The notes below the pieces were generated by a model, which saw only the letters and a program-made list of their open reading frames with translations, did no database searches and had not been told where the DNA came from. Both the position numbers and the translations under genes were made by a program. Positions 51,885 to 63,733 of a stretch of 64,000 bases of DNA are shown one piece after another. The number at the start of each line of letters is the position of its first letter. The stretch's first letter is position 1. The DNA comes from an uncultured delta proteobacterium (GTDB taxonomy: Bacteria > Desulfobacterota > WTBG01 > CAIYCZ01 > CAIRTM01), in the NCBI GenBank assembly GCA_963804955.1, contig CAWDSQ010000014.1:32001-96000 (forward strand). Direction: 5' to 3'.

Positions 51885-53869
51885 CTAACAGGCTTCCTGG
51901 CCTGCCTGATCCGCTTTCCCGCTCAGCACATCGTGCAGCATGCAGCAGACCTTTTCAATCGTCAGGGGCTTTTCAAGAAATCCCTTCACCCCGAGCCGGA
52001 GCAGTTCATCGATGCGGGCATCATTAACAACCCCGGACATGACAATGACTGCAACCTGCGGATCAAGATCTTTAAGGGCCAGGTACGTATCTTTGCATGA
52101 TTTGCGCGGCATAATCAAGTCAAGCATCACGGCCCTGACGTCGCCGCTGTACATCTTGAAAAGTTCAAGGGCCTGCACGCCGTCTTCGGCGGACAGCACC
52201 GCATAGCCGCAGGCTTCAAGAATCACCTTCATCACCTGCGGGTGATCAGCTCATCATCGGCAATAAGCACCAGTCCCTCGCCGCGCGGAACCGGCTCGGC
52301 AGCATGCGCTTTTAGCGATGGCGGCCTCCTGCACACGCCGCCGGCAGATACACATCTAAATGTCGTGCCGGCCCCGGGCTCGGACTGCACGTCGATAAAG
52401 CCGCCATGCTGCTTGACAATATCGGCCACCATGGCAAGCCCGAGGCCCGTGCCCTGTTCGGCGCCCCTTGGTGGTAAAAAAAGGATCAAATATTTTATCA
52501 AGCACCCCGCTGTCGATGCCGACGCCTGTATCGGCGACCGACAGCTTCCAGAACTGCCTGGCCGGCAGCATCGGGGCAGATGCTGCAGCGGCGGCTCGTC
52601 GGCTGCGGTTTTACCCGACCGAAACGGTCAGCACGCCGCCTGGGCCTGCTGCCCCGCAGGCCGCATGATGGTCATGGCGTGACAGGCGTTAACCAGCAGA
52701 TTTAGAACCACCTGCTCTATCTGCGTGGGATCGGCAGACACCATGGCATTCTTTTCGGGCTGTACAGCGCGGATTTCCACGCAGCGGTCGAAGGTGTTGC
52801 GGCACAGCTCGATTGCCTGGCGCACCGCCTTGTTCAGGTCAAAGGACACGACCAGGCATTCTTTTTTTCGCGACAGAGACAAAAGCTGTTTGACCAGATC
52901 GATAGCGCGTGCGCCGGCATTCTGCATAAGATCAAGGAAACAATTCGAGCTGATCGTCTGGAATACGTGCTTGCGGTCTTCAGTTTGCTGCGCAGCACAG
53001 ACAGTGAGCCCGTAATGCCGCACAGCACATTGTTGAAATCATGGGCAAGCCCCCCTGCAAGCATGCCGACAATTTCCATCTTTTGCGCCTGCCGCAGCTG
53101 CTGCTCGGTGAGCTCAAGCTCGGTGACGTCGTCCATGCGTATCACAATGTCGGAAGAGTGATCGATGTCCAGCGGAAAAAGTGTTACATCAAAATAAACA
53201 TTGCCGAAGCTGCATTCCTGAACTGTCTTGAAGCGGTGCGGGACGTGTGCGCTGACAACATCGCTGATGTGCTGCTTGAACCCGTCAAACCATGGAAGCA
53301 CCTGGGCAATATCCCGCCCGATGGCATATTCGGCGGGGACGCCCGCATACCTTTCCGCTGCGGAATTCCACTGCGTGACAACACCCTGTGCCGGTGGCTG
53401 ATATAAGCATGCTGGAAAGCGAGTTAAAAACGCTTGCAAGATATTGCCGGGTGTACTGAACTTCCTGCGCTGCAATGCGGCTCTCGTGCCGCATGATGGC
53501 CTCGCGCATCTCCCGCTCGATAGCCGGCGCCAGGCGGGCAAGCTTGTCTTTCATGACAAAATCATGAGCGCCCGGCCTTCATGGCGCGCACGGCTGTTTC
53601 CTCGCCGATGGTGCCCGAAACGATAATAAATGGTACATCAAGGCCGCGCTCCCGAAGCGATATCAAGGGCGACAAACAGACTGCAATCGGGGCATGCTGT
53701 AGTCCGAGAGTATGACATCCCAGGGGCTCTCGAGGGCCTCGAGCAAAATCGCCGGCCGTGTCAACGCGCAGGGCTCTCGGGGGCATAGCCGCCGCGGCGC
53801 AGCTCACGCAGCAGCAGCTCGACATCATCTCTCGGAATCGTCAACGATCAGCACGCGCAGGTTCGTCAT
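51885..53869 (-). CDS. Hybrid sensor kinase (REC-PAS-HisKA-HATPase-REC), several frameshifts
   Basis: [54 protein letters not shown]-terminal receiver. Confidence 0.82.
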
Positions 53870-54325
53870 GGCATGCCTCAGGCACAGGGGCGTGCGCGGG
53901 CACTGATTGAGCACCATCCAGTACAGGCTCAGCTGCCGCACGGCTTCGGTAAACTGTTCGAAATCGACAGGCTTGCGGATATAGCTGTTCACGCCGTAGT
54001 GATAGCTGTCGATCATGTCTTTTTCCTCGTCCGATGACGTGAGCACCACCACCGGCAGATACCGCGTGCGCTCATCAGCCCTGATGCGCCGCAGCACTTC
54101 AAGGCCGCCGAGCCTGGGCATTTTAAGGTCCAGCAGCACAACCTCCGGCATGACGCACAGGTCGCGGCCCGCATGGGGCCCTGTGCCGAACAGGTAGTCG
54201 AGGGCCTCGACGCCGTCGCGGGCCACGACGATCTCATTGAGCACATGATTGCGCTTAAAGGCCCGCATTGCCAGCTCGAGATCATCCTCATTGTCTTCAA
54301 CAATCATTATAATGCGCTTGTCCAT
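53866..54325 (-). CDS. Single-domain response regulator (Rcp1-like); 3' end uncertain
   Basis: IVEDNEDD, DGVEALDYLF, LLDLKMP, NSYIRKPVDF. Confidence 0.85.
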
Positions 54326-56321
54326 TATCCCTCCTGTGCCAAGGTAAAATAAAAGGTGGCGCCGCCGTCGGGAGCGCTCTGCGCCCAGATGCGGCCGCCG
54401 TGCCGGTGCACGATGCGCTGCACCGTGGCAAGGCCGATGCCGGTTCCCGGGAACTCCCGCTCGGCATGCAGGCGCTGAAAAGCGCCGAACAGTTTATCGG
54501 CATAGGCCATGTCAAAGCCCACGCCATTGTCGCGCACGCAGTACACCGGCGCCGCGGACATGCTCCGGCATATCGCCGTCGCCCCGTCAGCGGTCCCGAA
54601 AAAAATTTCGCGCGCGGGCCGCGTGCCCGTGTATTTCCATGCATTGCCCAGAAGGTTTTCAACGGGCGATGCGCAGCAGGTGCCCGTCGCCCAGGACAAC
54701 AAGGCCCGGCTCTATCGTGCAGGCAGACATCCCTGCCCGGGCTCCTGCTCCTGGAGCTGGGCCGCGATGTCGGCGGCAAGCGCGCTCAGGCTGACCTGTT
54801 TCGCGCCGCATTTCATAGCGCGTCAGCCGGGACAGCTTCAGGAGATCATCGATGAGCCGGCCCATGCGGCCCGAGGCGGCGCGGATGCGCTCAAGGTAGC
54901 GCCTGCCTTCCGGCGGAAGGCATTTCGCCGAAATCCTCTGTCAATGGGGCGCTGGAAACCGCTGATGCTTCGCAGCGGGGCCCGCAGATCATGGGATACG
55001 GAATAGGAAAAGCTCTCAAGCTCGCGATTGGCGGAGGCAAGCTGGTCGCGCTGCCGCACCAGCTCATGCTCCATGCGCCTGCGCGCCGTAATGTCGCGCA
55101 TGATGCTTACCGACCCGACGGGCTTCCTTGTCTGGCTGTAGAGCATGGCTATATTGGCCTCAACCTCGACCAGGCGGCCATCCTTGCGTTTTATATAAAA
55201 ATTATAATTCGGTGATTTTGCCCTTTGCAAAGAAATCGTCCATGCGGCTGTAGGCCGCCATCATATCGGCTCATACTGACCCATGAACCTGTTCACCCTG
55301 CGTTGTTTCATACCATCCCTCGTCAAAAAAAGCGAAGCTGGCAGGGGTAAGTCCCATCAGCTCATCTGCGTCATAGCCCATGAGATCGGCGCAGGCCCGA
55401 TTGACACTCATAATATGACCGGTGCTATCGCTTATGATAATGCCGTCAAGAGAATTTTCGATGATATTGTTCGAGAAAATCATTGGTCGAGGACAGCTGC
55501 TGCTCGATGAGCTTACGGTGCGTTATATCCCGCACGACGGAAATTGTGCCGGTGCGCCGGCCCTGCTCATCCATCAGATTAGAGACGCTGGCTTCAACAG
55601 GAACAAGCTCTCCCTCACGGTTGACGACATAGTATTCCCAACTGATCATGGCCTCACTGCGAAGCCTGCTCATATTTTGATACATAGTGTCATAATATGC
55701 CAGGTCGATCATCACCTCATCGCCCAGGGTGGTGCGATAGGTTTTGTCGACTTCCGGCATAAAGCAATAGGGCCTATTGCCGATCACTTCGTCGCGCCGC
55801 AGCCCACCATCTCAAGGAAAGCCCTGTTGGTTATCAGGATGGTCTCAGTGCCGCTTTGGGTAATAAAAATGCCGTCGACCGACTGTTCCAGCACGGATTC
55901 AAGCTGCTTCTCGGCGGTGTGCAGCAGCTCCATATCGCGAGCGCGCCGGGCCATTTCCTGCTGCAGCCGCTCATTGGCCTGCTGCCGCTGCAGGTACAGA
56001 TCGCGAATCCAGCCCACGAAGCCACCCTTCAATAATAAAGGCGATATGGCCTATAATGCCCGCGCGCTGAGCATGCCGGGCTTCCAGTCAAGGCCGAAGG
56101 CCGTCATCATGAGCATATTTACGGGGAAAGGCGCACAATCCCGCTGCAAGCCCTGCCCGCCATCCCCAGCAAAGAGCGGCGGTAAGTACGGGCAGAAGCG
56201 CAAGTATGGCGCCATGGCCTGCCCTCTGCCGATTAGCTACAAACAGCAGGACATAGGCCAGCAGCGAAAAGATAAATACGGCTTTGCGGTTATGGAGATA
56301 CGCAATAAACAGGCCCTGCAT
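54325..56321 (-). CDS. Membrane PAS-PAS histidine kinase, several frameshifts
   Basis: N-terminal TM segments, two PAS-like regions, [37 protein letters not shown]. Confidence 0.82.
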
Positions 56322-56555
56322 TCCTCATGCACCTCCAGAAATTTTTTCTTTAGGACCCTTTGCTCTTATCTGCTTATATAAGGCTATATCAATATATCGC
56401 ATATTTTTATTCGCTTTCCAAATTATTTTTGTTTTGTTTCCTGACCGGACACGGCAGCACAGACAGACCTCAGCATGACGACAATTGGTCATTACGTGCC
56501 CTCCAGCAAGCTCCAGCTGACGCAAGACCAGATGAACGCGTTGGCGGGCCAGCTA

Positions 56556-57842
56556 TCAGCGATTAAATGATTCTTTTGTTTTATTGTAATAGCCGAACTG
56601 CAGGCCGGGAAATTCTTTTGACAGGATTTCTTTCACCTTGCCCAGGCCCATGCCGGGCTCATCGGGCGGCGCCATGGCTTTCCAGTAAAAATCGGGATCA
56701 ATGTTCAGATTCTTCATGTGAATGAGATGAGGCGAGGTTTTTCGTATCAGGTCGCAGAGGGCCTCAACCTCGCCTGCCTGATCCGTGATGCCGGGAAAAA
56801 CAAGATAATTGATCATGGTGAAAGCCCCGTGCTGCCGCGCCAGCCTGAGGGACTCCACAACGTCTTCAAAGCAGTAGCCTTTTGGTTTATAGTAGCGGGT
56901 ATACAGCTCCGGGCGGGCGCTTGAAAGGCTTATGCGTATGCTGTCAAGGCCGCTGCGGCAGATGGCATCAACAAAGCGGGGTACGCTGCCGTTGGTGTTG
57001 AGGTTAATGGTGCCCGTGCCGGTTTCCTTCCGTATGGCGCTGATCGACTCGCTTATCCGCTTCCACTGCATGATGGGCTCGCCCTCGCAGCCCTGGCCGA
57101 AGCTGATGATGGGGTCCTGGGCCTCTTTGAGATGCCGCACAAAGGGCTCAACAATCTCCTGCAGCTCGGGCACGAAGCTGATGCGCTCCTGCGGGGCCAT
57201 GCATGAGCCGTCGGGCTGCAGCGATATGCAGCCAAGGCAGCCGGAATTGCACACCGGGCTTGTGGGGATGGGTGCTTCCCAGCGGCGGTGAAAAAAATTT
57301 TTAGCGGCAAAGCAGTGATAATGGACGGCGCAGTTGCGCAGATGCTCGATGAGGCGGTTGCCGGGATATTCACGCAGCCGCTTTTTCACATTCGGCAGCA
57401 GTGTCCGGTCATCGAAATTATCCGGGTTCCAGCGGAAATTGTCATCAATCTCGAAGGCTGGCGCATAATAAGCCTCATCATGAAACCCCACGGTGCTGTA
57501 GGCCCACATGGGAAGCATGGCTTTTTTTCTGCTGTAGTCCATGGCCGGCAGCAGCAGCCGCACCCAGCCCTGCTGAATGAAGGCCGACACGGCATTGCAC
57601 CTGACGGTCTTGCGGCCGATTTTGGTCTCCCGCAGCAGAACGATTTTGCGCTTTTTCGGATCATAGCCATAGGGCGGACAGCCGGGATGAAAATAAAGCC
57701 TGCTCATGGCGGGAAGCTGCACGAGATCGTTGGACGCAGGCCGCACCAGGCGCGGCCCGCTCGCCCCGGCCATCTCGAGAAACGGATGATCGTAGATGGT
57801 GCCCTGGTCGTCGGCGAATAAAAGTTTTGGTCTCATGGCCAT
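56556..57842 (-). CDS. Radical SAM protein of unknown function
   Basis: CNSGCLGC, SFGQGCEGEP, LNTNGS; N-terminal extension of ~190 aa. Confidence 0.88.
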   Translation of the reverse strand: MAMRPKLLFADDQGTIYDHPFLEMAGASGPRLVRPASNDLVQLPAMSRLYFHPGCPPYGYDPKKRKIVLLRETKIGRKTVRCNAVSAFIQQGWVRLLLPAMDYSRKKAMLPMWAYSTVGFHDEAYYAPAFEIDDNFRWNPDNFDDRTLLPNVKKRLREYPGNRLIEHLRNCAVHYHCFAAKNFFHRRWEAPIPTSPVCNSGCLGCISLQPDGSCMAPQERISFVPELQEIVEPFVRHLKEAQDPIISFGQGCEGEPIMQWKRISESISAIRKETGTGTINLNTNGSVPRFVDAICRSGLDSIRISLSSARPELYTRYYKPKGYCFEDVVESLRLARQHGAFTMINYLVFPGITDQAGEVEALCDLIRKTSPHLIHMKNLNIDPDFYWKAMAPPDEPGMGLGKVKEILSKEFPGLQFGYYNKTKESFNR

Positions 57843-57959
57843 AGTGATGCTCCCCGCCTGCACGGCGGGGTATCCCGGTAGATACGATTGATATTTTATA
57901 CATGCCGTGCGTTGCCCTGCTTATCCCGCAAGCAGGACGCGGCACATTCCGGTCAGGCG
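57843..57959 (+). repeat. Dispersed ~95-nt structured repeat, copy 2 with an extra hairpin insertion
   Basis: Matches the reverse complement of 22397-22488; insert contains cctgctt-atcccgc-aagcagg. Confidence 0.85.
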
Positions 57960-57995
57960 TGCATGCAGGCAAGCCGGTCAGCTCGCCGGTATATG

Positions 57996-59164
57996 TTAGG
58001 CAATCTTTTTCTTAAACCGCAGGATGCTCAAAACAAGAGTGCCGAGCCCGATGGCCAGCAGGCACAGACCTTCGTCCCACAGCACCTCCATGCCGACGCC
58101 TTTAAGAAATATAGCTGCGCACGATAACCGTAAAATAGCGCAGGGGAAACAGGTAGGTGACCATCTGGATGGGCTTGGGCATATTTTCAATAGGAAATAT
58201 AACGCCCCCGAGCAGCACAATGGTCATAATGAAAAAAAACGTGAGCACCATGGCCTGCTCCTGCGTACGGGATGCGGTGGAGATGAAAAGTCCCAGGCCG
58301 AGCGTGGTAAAAAGAAAAACAGACGAAAAGAGAAACAAAAGCGGGATGCTGCCCTTGATGGGCACATTGAAGATCAGCTGGGCTCCGGTCAAGATTATCG
58401 CCACATCCACAAGCCCGATGAAGATAAAGGGCGACAGTTTCCCGATGATCAGCTCAACGCGCGTTGCGGGAGATACCAGCAGCTGCTCAAGGGTTCCGAC
58501 CTCGCGTTCGCGCACAAGGCTCTGAGCGGTAAGGTTGGTGGTCACGATGAGCAGAATCATGCAAATGACGCCGGGCACAAAAAAATATTTGCTCAGAAGT
58601 TCGGGGTTGTACCATATCCGCATCTCTTCGTTGATAATGGTTGCTTTGCCGGTATCGCGGCGCCAGGTGCCCAGAAAGTCGTTCTTGTTGAACAATGACG
58701 TATCGATGCTCTGCAGCGCATATTTTTGAGGAAAACCGCTGAGAGATAATCGTGGCATAGGTCATGGCTATGGTGGCGCTGTTTGATTCGGTTCCGTCGA
58801 CAAAAAGCTGCACCTGGGGGGAGGTGCCGGTTTTGAAGTTTTTTTGAAAATCGACCGGGATATCGATGCCGATCTTGATTTTGCCCCGGTCAAGAAGATC
58901 ACACAGTTCTTTCCGGCTTGCCGGGTAATAGAGAAGGTCGAAGTATTCGCTGTGGCCGAACTGCTCGACATACCGGCGGCTGAGATAGGTTTTATCCTGA
59001 TCAAGCACGCCCGTAGGCACATGCCTGACTTCAAATGAGGCGGCATATCCCAGAATCGCAAGCTGCAGAACGGGCGCAAGAAACAGCAGGGGATACATCT
59101 TCCAGTCCCGCTTCATCTGATGCAGTTCTTTTATGGTGATGGCAATGAGGCGATGCAGGCGCAC
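57996..59164 (-). CDS. ABC-2 permease (YbhR-like), two frameshifts
   Basis: WYNPEL, REREVGTLEQLLVSP, PIENMP. Confidence 0.85.
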
Positions 59165-59167
59165 GGT

Positions 59168-60302
59168 CTAATACCTCTTTTTAAAAAACAGGCTGCTGCC
59201 GACCAGTGAAACAACGGCAAAGAGAAACAGGATGGCCGCGTGCTGGTACAGCACGGACCAGCCGACCCCTTTCAGAATAATGCCGCGCAGTATGACCATA
59301 TAGTACTGCAGCGGCATCAACGCCGCTATAATCTGTATGGGCCGGGGCATGCTCTCAAGGGGAAAGATGAAGCCCGACAGGATGATCGAGGGCAGGATGG
59401 TCACTATGAACCCTATAAACCATGCAACCTGCGAGGTCTTTGAAATGGCCGAGATAAAAAGCCCCGCGCCGAGGGCAGACCCCAGAAATAAGAGCGACAG
59501 AAAGAGAAACAGCGGCACGCTGCCCCTGAAGGGCACATTAAAAACGTATCTGCCCGCAAGCACGATCAGGATAAGATCGAAAAAAACAATGACTATGTAG
59601 GGCGTAATCTTGCCGATCATGAGCTCGATGGGGCGCAGCGGTGAAACCATGAGGCTTTCGATGGTGCCCTTTTCCCGCTCCTTCACCAGCGACAGCGACA
59701 TGCGGATTGCTCCGACCACCATGACGATGAGGCCGATGATGCCCGGCACGAGAAAATTGAGGCTGGCAAGCTCGGGGTTGTACCAGATGTTGGGGCGCAC
59801 GTCCAGCGTGGCCATGGACGAGGAGCCTGCAATGCCGTTTGCAGTTGAGAAGATCGAAAATGACGTTCATGGATGCGGCGGCAAGAATCGCTTTCACATA
59901 GCCCATGGTGATGTTTGCCGTATTGCTGTCGGTGCCGTCGATGATCACCTGCACGGGCGTATTTTTGCCGTTGAAAATATCCTTCTGGAAATCCCGGGGG
60001 AAATGCAGCGCAACTTTCACCTCTCCCCGGTCGAGCACGCCCGCAATGTCGCTGTCTGCTGTCAGCCTTTTCTTCAGCACAAAATAGCCGGAGGTGACGA
60101 ACCGGTCGACAATGCTCCGGGACAGTTCAGTCCGGTCAAGGTCGTAGACTGCAATGGGAATATTGCGCACATCAAGGTTAATGGCATAGGCAAAAACGAG
60201 AAGCATGACGATGGGCAGCAGCAGGAGCAGCCACAGCGCCAGCGGATCGCGCAGGACCTGAATGAACTCCTTATACAGAAGGGCGCTGATTCTGCGGGCC
60301 AT
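59168..60302 (-). CDS. ABC-2 permease (YbhS-like), one frameshift near 59840
   Basis: KEFIQVLRDP, IDGTDSNTA, WYNPEL, KEREKGTIESLMVSP. Confidence 0.87.
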
Positions 60303-61239
60303 TTTTATTTTCCTGTGCCAGGGATACGAACACATCCTCTATGGACGGCTGAATTTCCTCGAGCAGGCTAACCTGGATGCCCTCCTGCGCGAGTATGCGC
60401 GCAAGCGCGGGCATGGCCTGCGCTGCGTCATGAACCGAAATGTGCAGCTCGTCGCCGTAAAAATTGACGTCGATGATGGCATCGCTGCTCTTCAGCAGCT
60501 TATACGCCTTGTCGATGGGGCTGCACTTGAGGTTTAAAAGCTGCTGCGTGATATAATCTTTTTTCAAGCCCTCCGGCGTGCTGCAGGCGACAAGGTTGCC
60601 CTGCCAGATAAATCCGATGCGGTTGCAGCGCTCGGCTTCCTCCATGTAGTGCGTGGTCACAAACAGCGTGGTGCCCGCATGCGACAGCTCATAGAGAAAA
60701 TCCCAGAGAATGCGGCGCGATACGGGATCGATGCCGGCGGTCGGCTCATCCAGAAAAATTATTTGCGGCTTATGCACAACCGAACAGGCAAGGGCCAGGC
60801 GCTGGCGCCAGCCGCCCGAGAGCCGCGATGCAAGGGTTTTGCGGTAGCGCTGCAGCTGCACCAGCTCTATGGCCTGCTCGATATTGCTCAGGCAGGTTTT
60901 GCGATCAGCAATATACAGCCTGCCGTAAAACCTCAGATTTTCCTCAACCGTCAAATCCTGATACAGTCCGAAGCTCTGGGACATGTAGCCGATCTGCTCC
61001 TTGACCTTTTCCGGCTCGGTGTTGATATTATAGCCGCCGATGGAGCCTTCGCCGCTGGTGGGCTCAAGAAGCCCGCAGAGCATGCGGATGGTGGTTGATT
61101 TACCCGCCCCGTTGGGCCCCAGAAACCCGAAAATCTCCCCCTGCCGGATGGAAAGGTTCAGGTTGTTGACAGCCGTGAACTTGCCATACCGCTTGGTGAG
61201 GTTTGTGGTTTCGATAGCGATCTTCGTGTAGGCCGTCAT
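60271..61239 (-). CDS. ABC transporter ATP-binding protein (YbhF-like, single NBD)
   Basis: GPNGAGKST, LSGGWRQR, FLDEPTAGIDP, TTHYMEEAE. Confidence 0.93.
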   Translation of the reverse strand: MTAYTKIAIETTNLTKRYGKFTAVNNLNLSIRQGEIFGFLGPNGAGKSTTIRMLCGLLEPTSGEGSIGGYNINTEPEKVKEQIGYMSQSFGLYQDLTVEENLRFYGRLYIADRKTCLSNIEQAIELVQLQRYRKTLASRLSGGWRQRLALACSVVHKPQIIFLDEPTAGIDPVSRRILWDFLYELSHAGTTLFVTTHYMEEAERCNRIGFIWQGNLVACSTPEGLKKDYITQQLLNLKCSPIDKAYKLLKSSDAIIDVNFYGDELHISVHDAAQAMPALARILAQEGIQVSLLEEIQPSIEDVFVSLAQENKNGPQNQRPSV

Positions 61240-61261
61240 GGAAGTATATGCCGTGCTGCTT

Positions 61262-62227
61262 TTATTTGGAGGGTTCGATTGCAATGGCGACATCAGCTGG
61301 CATACCCGGCTTGAGCAGCTCCTCATCATTCTGAATCTGCACCTTGATGCCGTAGACAAGCTTTACCCGTTCTTCCTTGGTCTGAATATTCTTGGGCGTA
61401 AACTCGGCCTCCGGAGAGATATAGATCACCTTGCCGGGAAATGTCCGGTCGGGAAATGAATCGACAGAAACGGCAGCCGCCTGACCGATTTTCACTTTCC
61501 CGAGATTCATTTCAGAGACATAGGCCATAATCCACATATCCTGAAGATCAATGATGCTGAACAGAACACTCCCTACCGATACAAGCTCACCGGGCTCCAC
61601 ATAGCGCTCACTGATGATCCCCTTGCCGGCGCTGGTGATGGTGGCATCCTTAATTCTTCTCTTGATAAGATTTACGGCGGCCTCGGCGCTTTCCTTCACA
61701 GCCTGCCCTGCGGCAATGTCTTCAACGCGATAGCCGGATTGAAGCATTTGATTATCCTGCTGGGCCCGCTCAAAGCGCTTCTGGGCTGACTTATAGTTTG
61801 TTTCAACCGTATCGCGCGTATTTTCCGCAGCTACCTTATCGGCATGCAGTTTCCGGACGCGCTCATAATCGCGCCTGGCATTTTCAAAAATAATTTCAGC
61901 CTCCTGCAGCGTTTCCTGAGCTTTCTGCACATCCTCCTTACGGAAGCCGCTCTGAAGCATGTCAAGCCGGGCCTGTGCTTCCCGCAGGCGGCCTTCGGCA
62001 TTCTCCAGCTCCAGATCCATTTTTTCATGATCGATGCTCGCAAGAACATCACCGGGCTTCACCCTGTCGCCTTCGTCAAAAGCAAGATTCAAAATCCTGC
62101 CCGCCACCTCAGAGCGTATATCAACCTGCGTTGCCTCTATGGTGCCGGTAGATTCTACAATGGAGTCATTGCCGCTCTTGCATCCTGTTATGCATGCAAC
62201 AAAAACAAATAGAATAAAATATTTCAT
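61262..62227 (-). CDS. HlyD-family membrane fusion protein (YbhG-like lipoprotein)
   Basis: ITGC lipobox, GTIEATQVD, EAEFTPKNIQTKEER, LKPGMPAD. Confidence 0.92.
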   Translation of the reverse strand: MKYFILFVFVACITGCKSGNDSIVESTGTIEATQVDIRSEVAGRILNLAFDEGDRVKPGDVLASIDHEKMDLELENAEGRLREAQARLDMLQSGFRKEDVQKAQETLQEAEIIFENARRDYERVRKLHADKVAAENTRDTVETNYKSAQKRFERAQQDNQMLQSGYRVEDIAAGQAVKESAEAAVNLIKRRIKDATITSAGKGIISERYVEPGELVSVGSVLFSIIDLQDMWIMAYVSEMNLGKVKIGQAAAVSVDSFPDRTFPGKVIYISPEAEFTPKNIQTKEERVKLVYGIKVQIQNDEELLKPGMPADVAIAIEPSK

Positions 62228-62732
62228 AAAAAACTATCCAATCATGGTTTTGCTGACAAAAAGCCGCGCGGATCACCCCGCCGCCGGTATGCTTCACATA
62301 GTTTTTCTTGTGCATTTTAAACAACTTGACTCGTAGTTAGTACCTCAAGGCTGTGCAGAAAGTCAAGGGTCAAGATACGATGGCCAGTACTACCTTTATA
62401 CACTGCCGGCAGAAAAAGTTTCTTGAAAGTTTCTTTATTTTAAGTAATACATAGTGTTGACCGTCATAGTGCACTGCACAGCGTCTGCTGGTATGTGCAG
62501 GGACAGGGAACAGGCATATTCTTTTTCACGCAGCATGGCCACGATGCAACTGGTACAGCAACAGGCTGAATAAGCTTTAAGCTGAACATGCCCTGCACCC
62601 AGTTCTTCATTCCCTGCCTGTATGACGATGTACATATGATGGCGGCAGTTCCGGGCGGTAATCCTGCATTCCTGTCATGCGGGCAGGCTCCGGAGGCTTT
62701 CCTTACTAATTCAGCGCGACGCTAAGAATGCA

Positions 62733-63068
62733 ATGAAGGGGAAACTGACCTTTCTTATAATCAGATCACGCACAGGCAAGCGCCGGAGATTTTCAATAAG
62801 CAAAAATTTCATCCTGTGCATTGCCCTGCTCAGCCTGGTGCTGCTGGGAAGCGGCATAGCCGGAGCATTAAAATACAAGGAAAATCTGGAACTCAAAAAA
62901 AAATGCCTCCGCCTCGAGGTTGAAAAAAACAAGTTTGAAGCCGTGTCCCGCACGGTGCATAGCATTGAAAAAGATGAGGAATCCATACGAAAACTCCTTG
63001 GGCTGCAAGCCGGCAGCGCAGCTGAAAAAGACAGTGATCGACAGCCGTCCCGTGCGGAGGCCGATTGA
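62733..63068 (+). CDS. Membrane-anchored coiled-coil protein resembling the N-terminus of bactofilin-associated M23 peptidases
   Basis: LTFLII..KRRRFSIS, one TM helix, coiled coil; no catalytic domain before the stop. Confidence 0.6.
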   Translation: MKGKLTFLIIRSRTGKRRRFSISKNFILCIALLSLVLLGSGIAGALKYKENLELKKKCLRLEVEKNKFEAVSRTVHSIEKDEESIRKLLGLQAGSAAEKDSDRQPSRAEAD

Positions 63069-63094
63069 CCAAACTCTTTTAAAAAGGTGAACCC

Positions 63095-63499
63095 ATGGCT
63101 TTATTTAAAAAAGACGTCGACATGAACAGGCTTGATACGCTTATCGGCAGCGGCACAATCGTTGAGGGCACGATAACTTCAAAAGAAAGTATCTGCGTTG
63201 AAGGAACTGTCAGGGGCGGTAAAATCATCACCGAAGGCAGCGTTATCGTCAGCGAAAAAGGCCGGGTTGAAGCCGACATCTTCGCCGACATGGTCATGCT
63301 TGGAGGTGAGGTCAACGGCAATATAGTTTCCCGCACAAAGCTCGAGATAACAACAAAGGGCAAAATGCGGGGAGACATAAAAACCGGCAGCCTTATCATT
63401 GCAGAAGGTGTTGTTTTTGAAGGCAAATGCCAGATGATCACAGACGAGCGCAACCTTAAGGCTCAGGCTGGATTGGAAGATGACGATATGCAAATTTAG
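63095..63499 (+). CDS. Bactofilin (polymer-forming cytoskeletal protein)
   Basis: TLIGSGTIVEGTI, GEVNGNI, GDIKTGSLIIAEGVVFEGKCQM. Confidence 0.93.
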   Translation: MALFKKDVDMNRLDTLIGSGTIVEGTITSKESICVEGTVRGGKIITEGSVIVSEKGRVEADIFADMVMLGGEVNGNIVSRTKLEITTKGKMRGDIKTGSLIIAEGVVFEGKCQMITDERNLKAQAGLEDDDMQI

Positions 63500-63733
63500 C
63501 AATAAAGCAATTAATTTTATATAAAAAAAGTAGCAATCTTCGCCTCCTTCAGCAATTTTACTATTGACTATCTTACTATTCACTGTTATAATTATTATTA
63601 ACTGCATTACTGTCTTAACCCATTAGGCTCACTCACATACAGGCATCGGTCAAGAAAACGCCTGCTCCTGATTGCTTCGATTCCCTGATGTCACGGTAAA
63701 TCTCAGAATTATCTCTAACAAGGAGACGTACAC

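Noticed and set aside
53825..54325. Fusion of the response regulator to the downstream hybrid kinase
   Set aside because: It lies in an indel-rich stretch; a one-base correction would give an ordinary stop/start overlap
62588..62725. Short ORF with GQAP as a possible arrest-peptide leader
   Set aside because: No RBS, the motif is not RAPP/RGPP, and support is too weak
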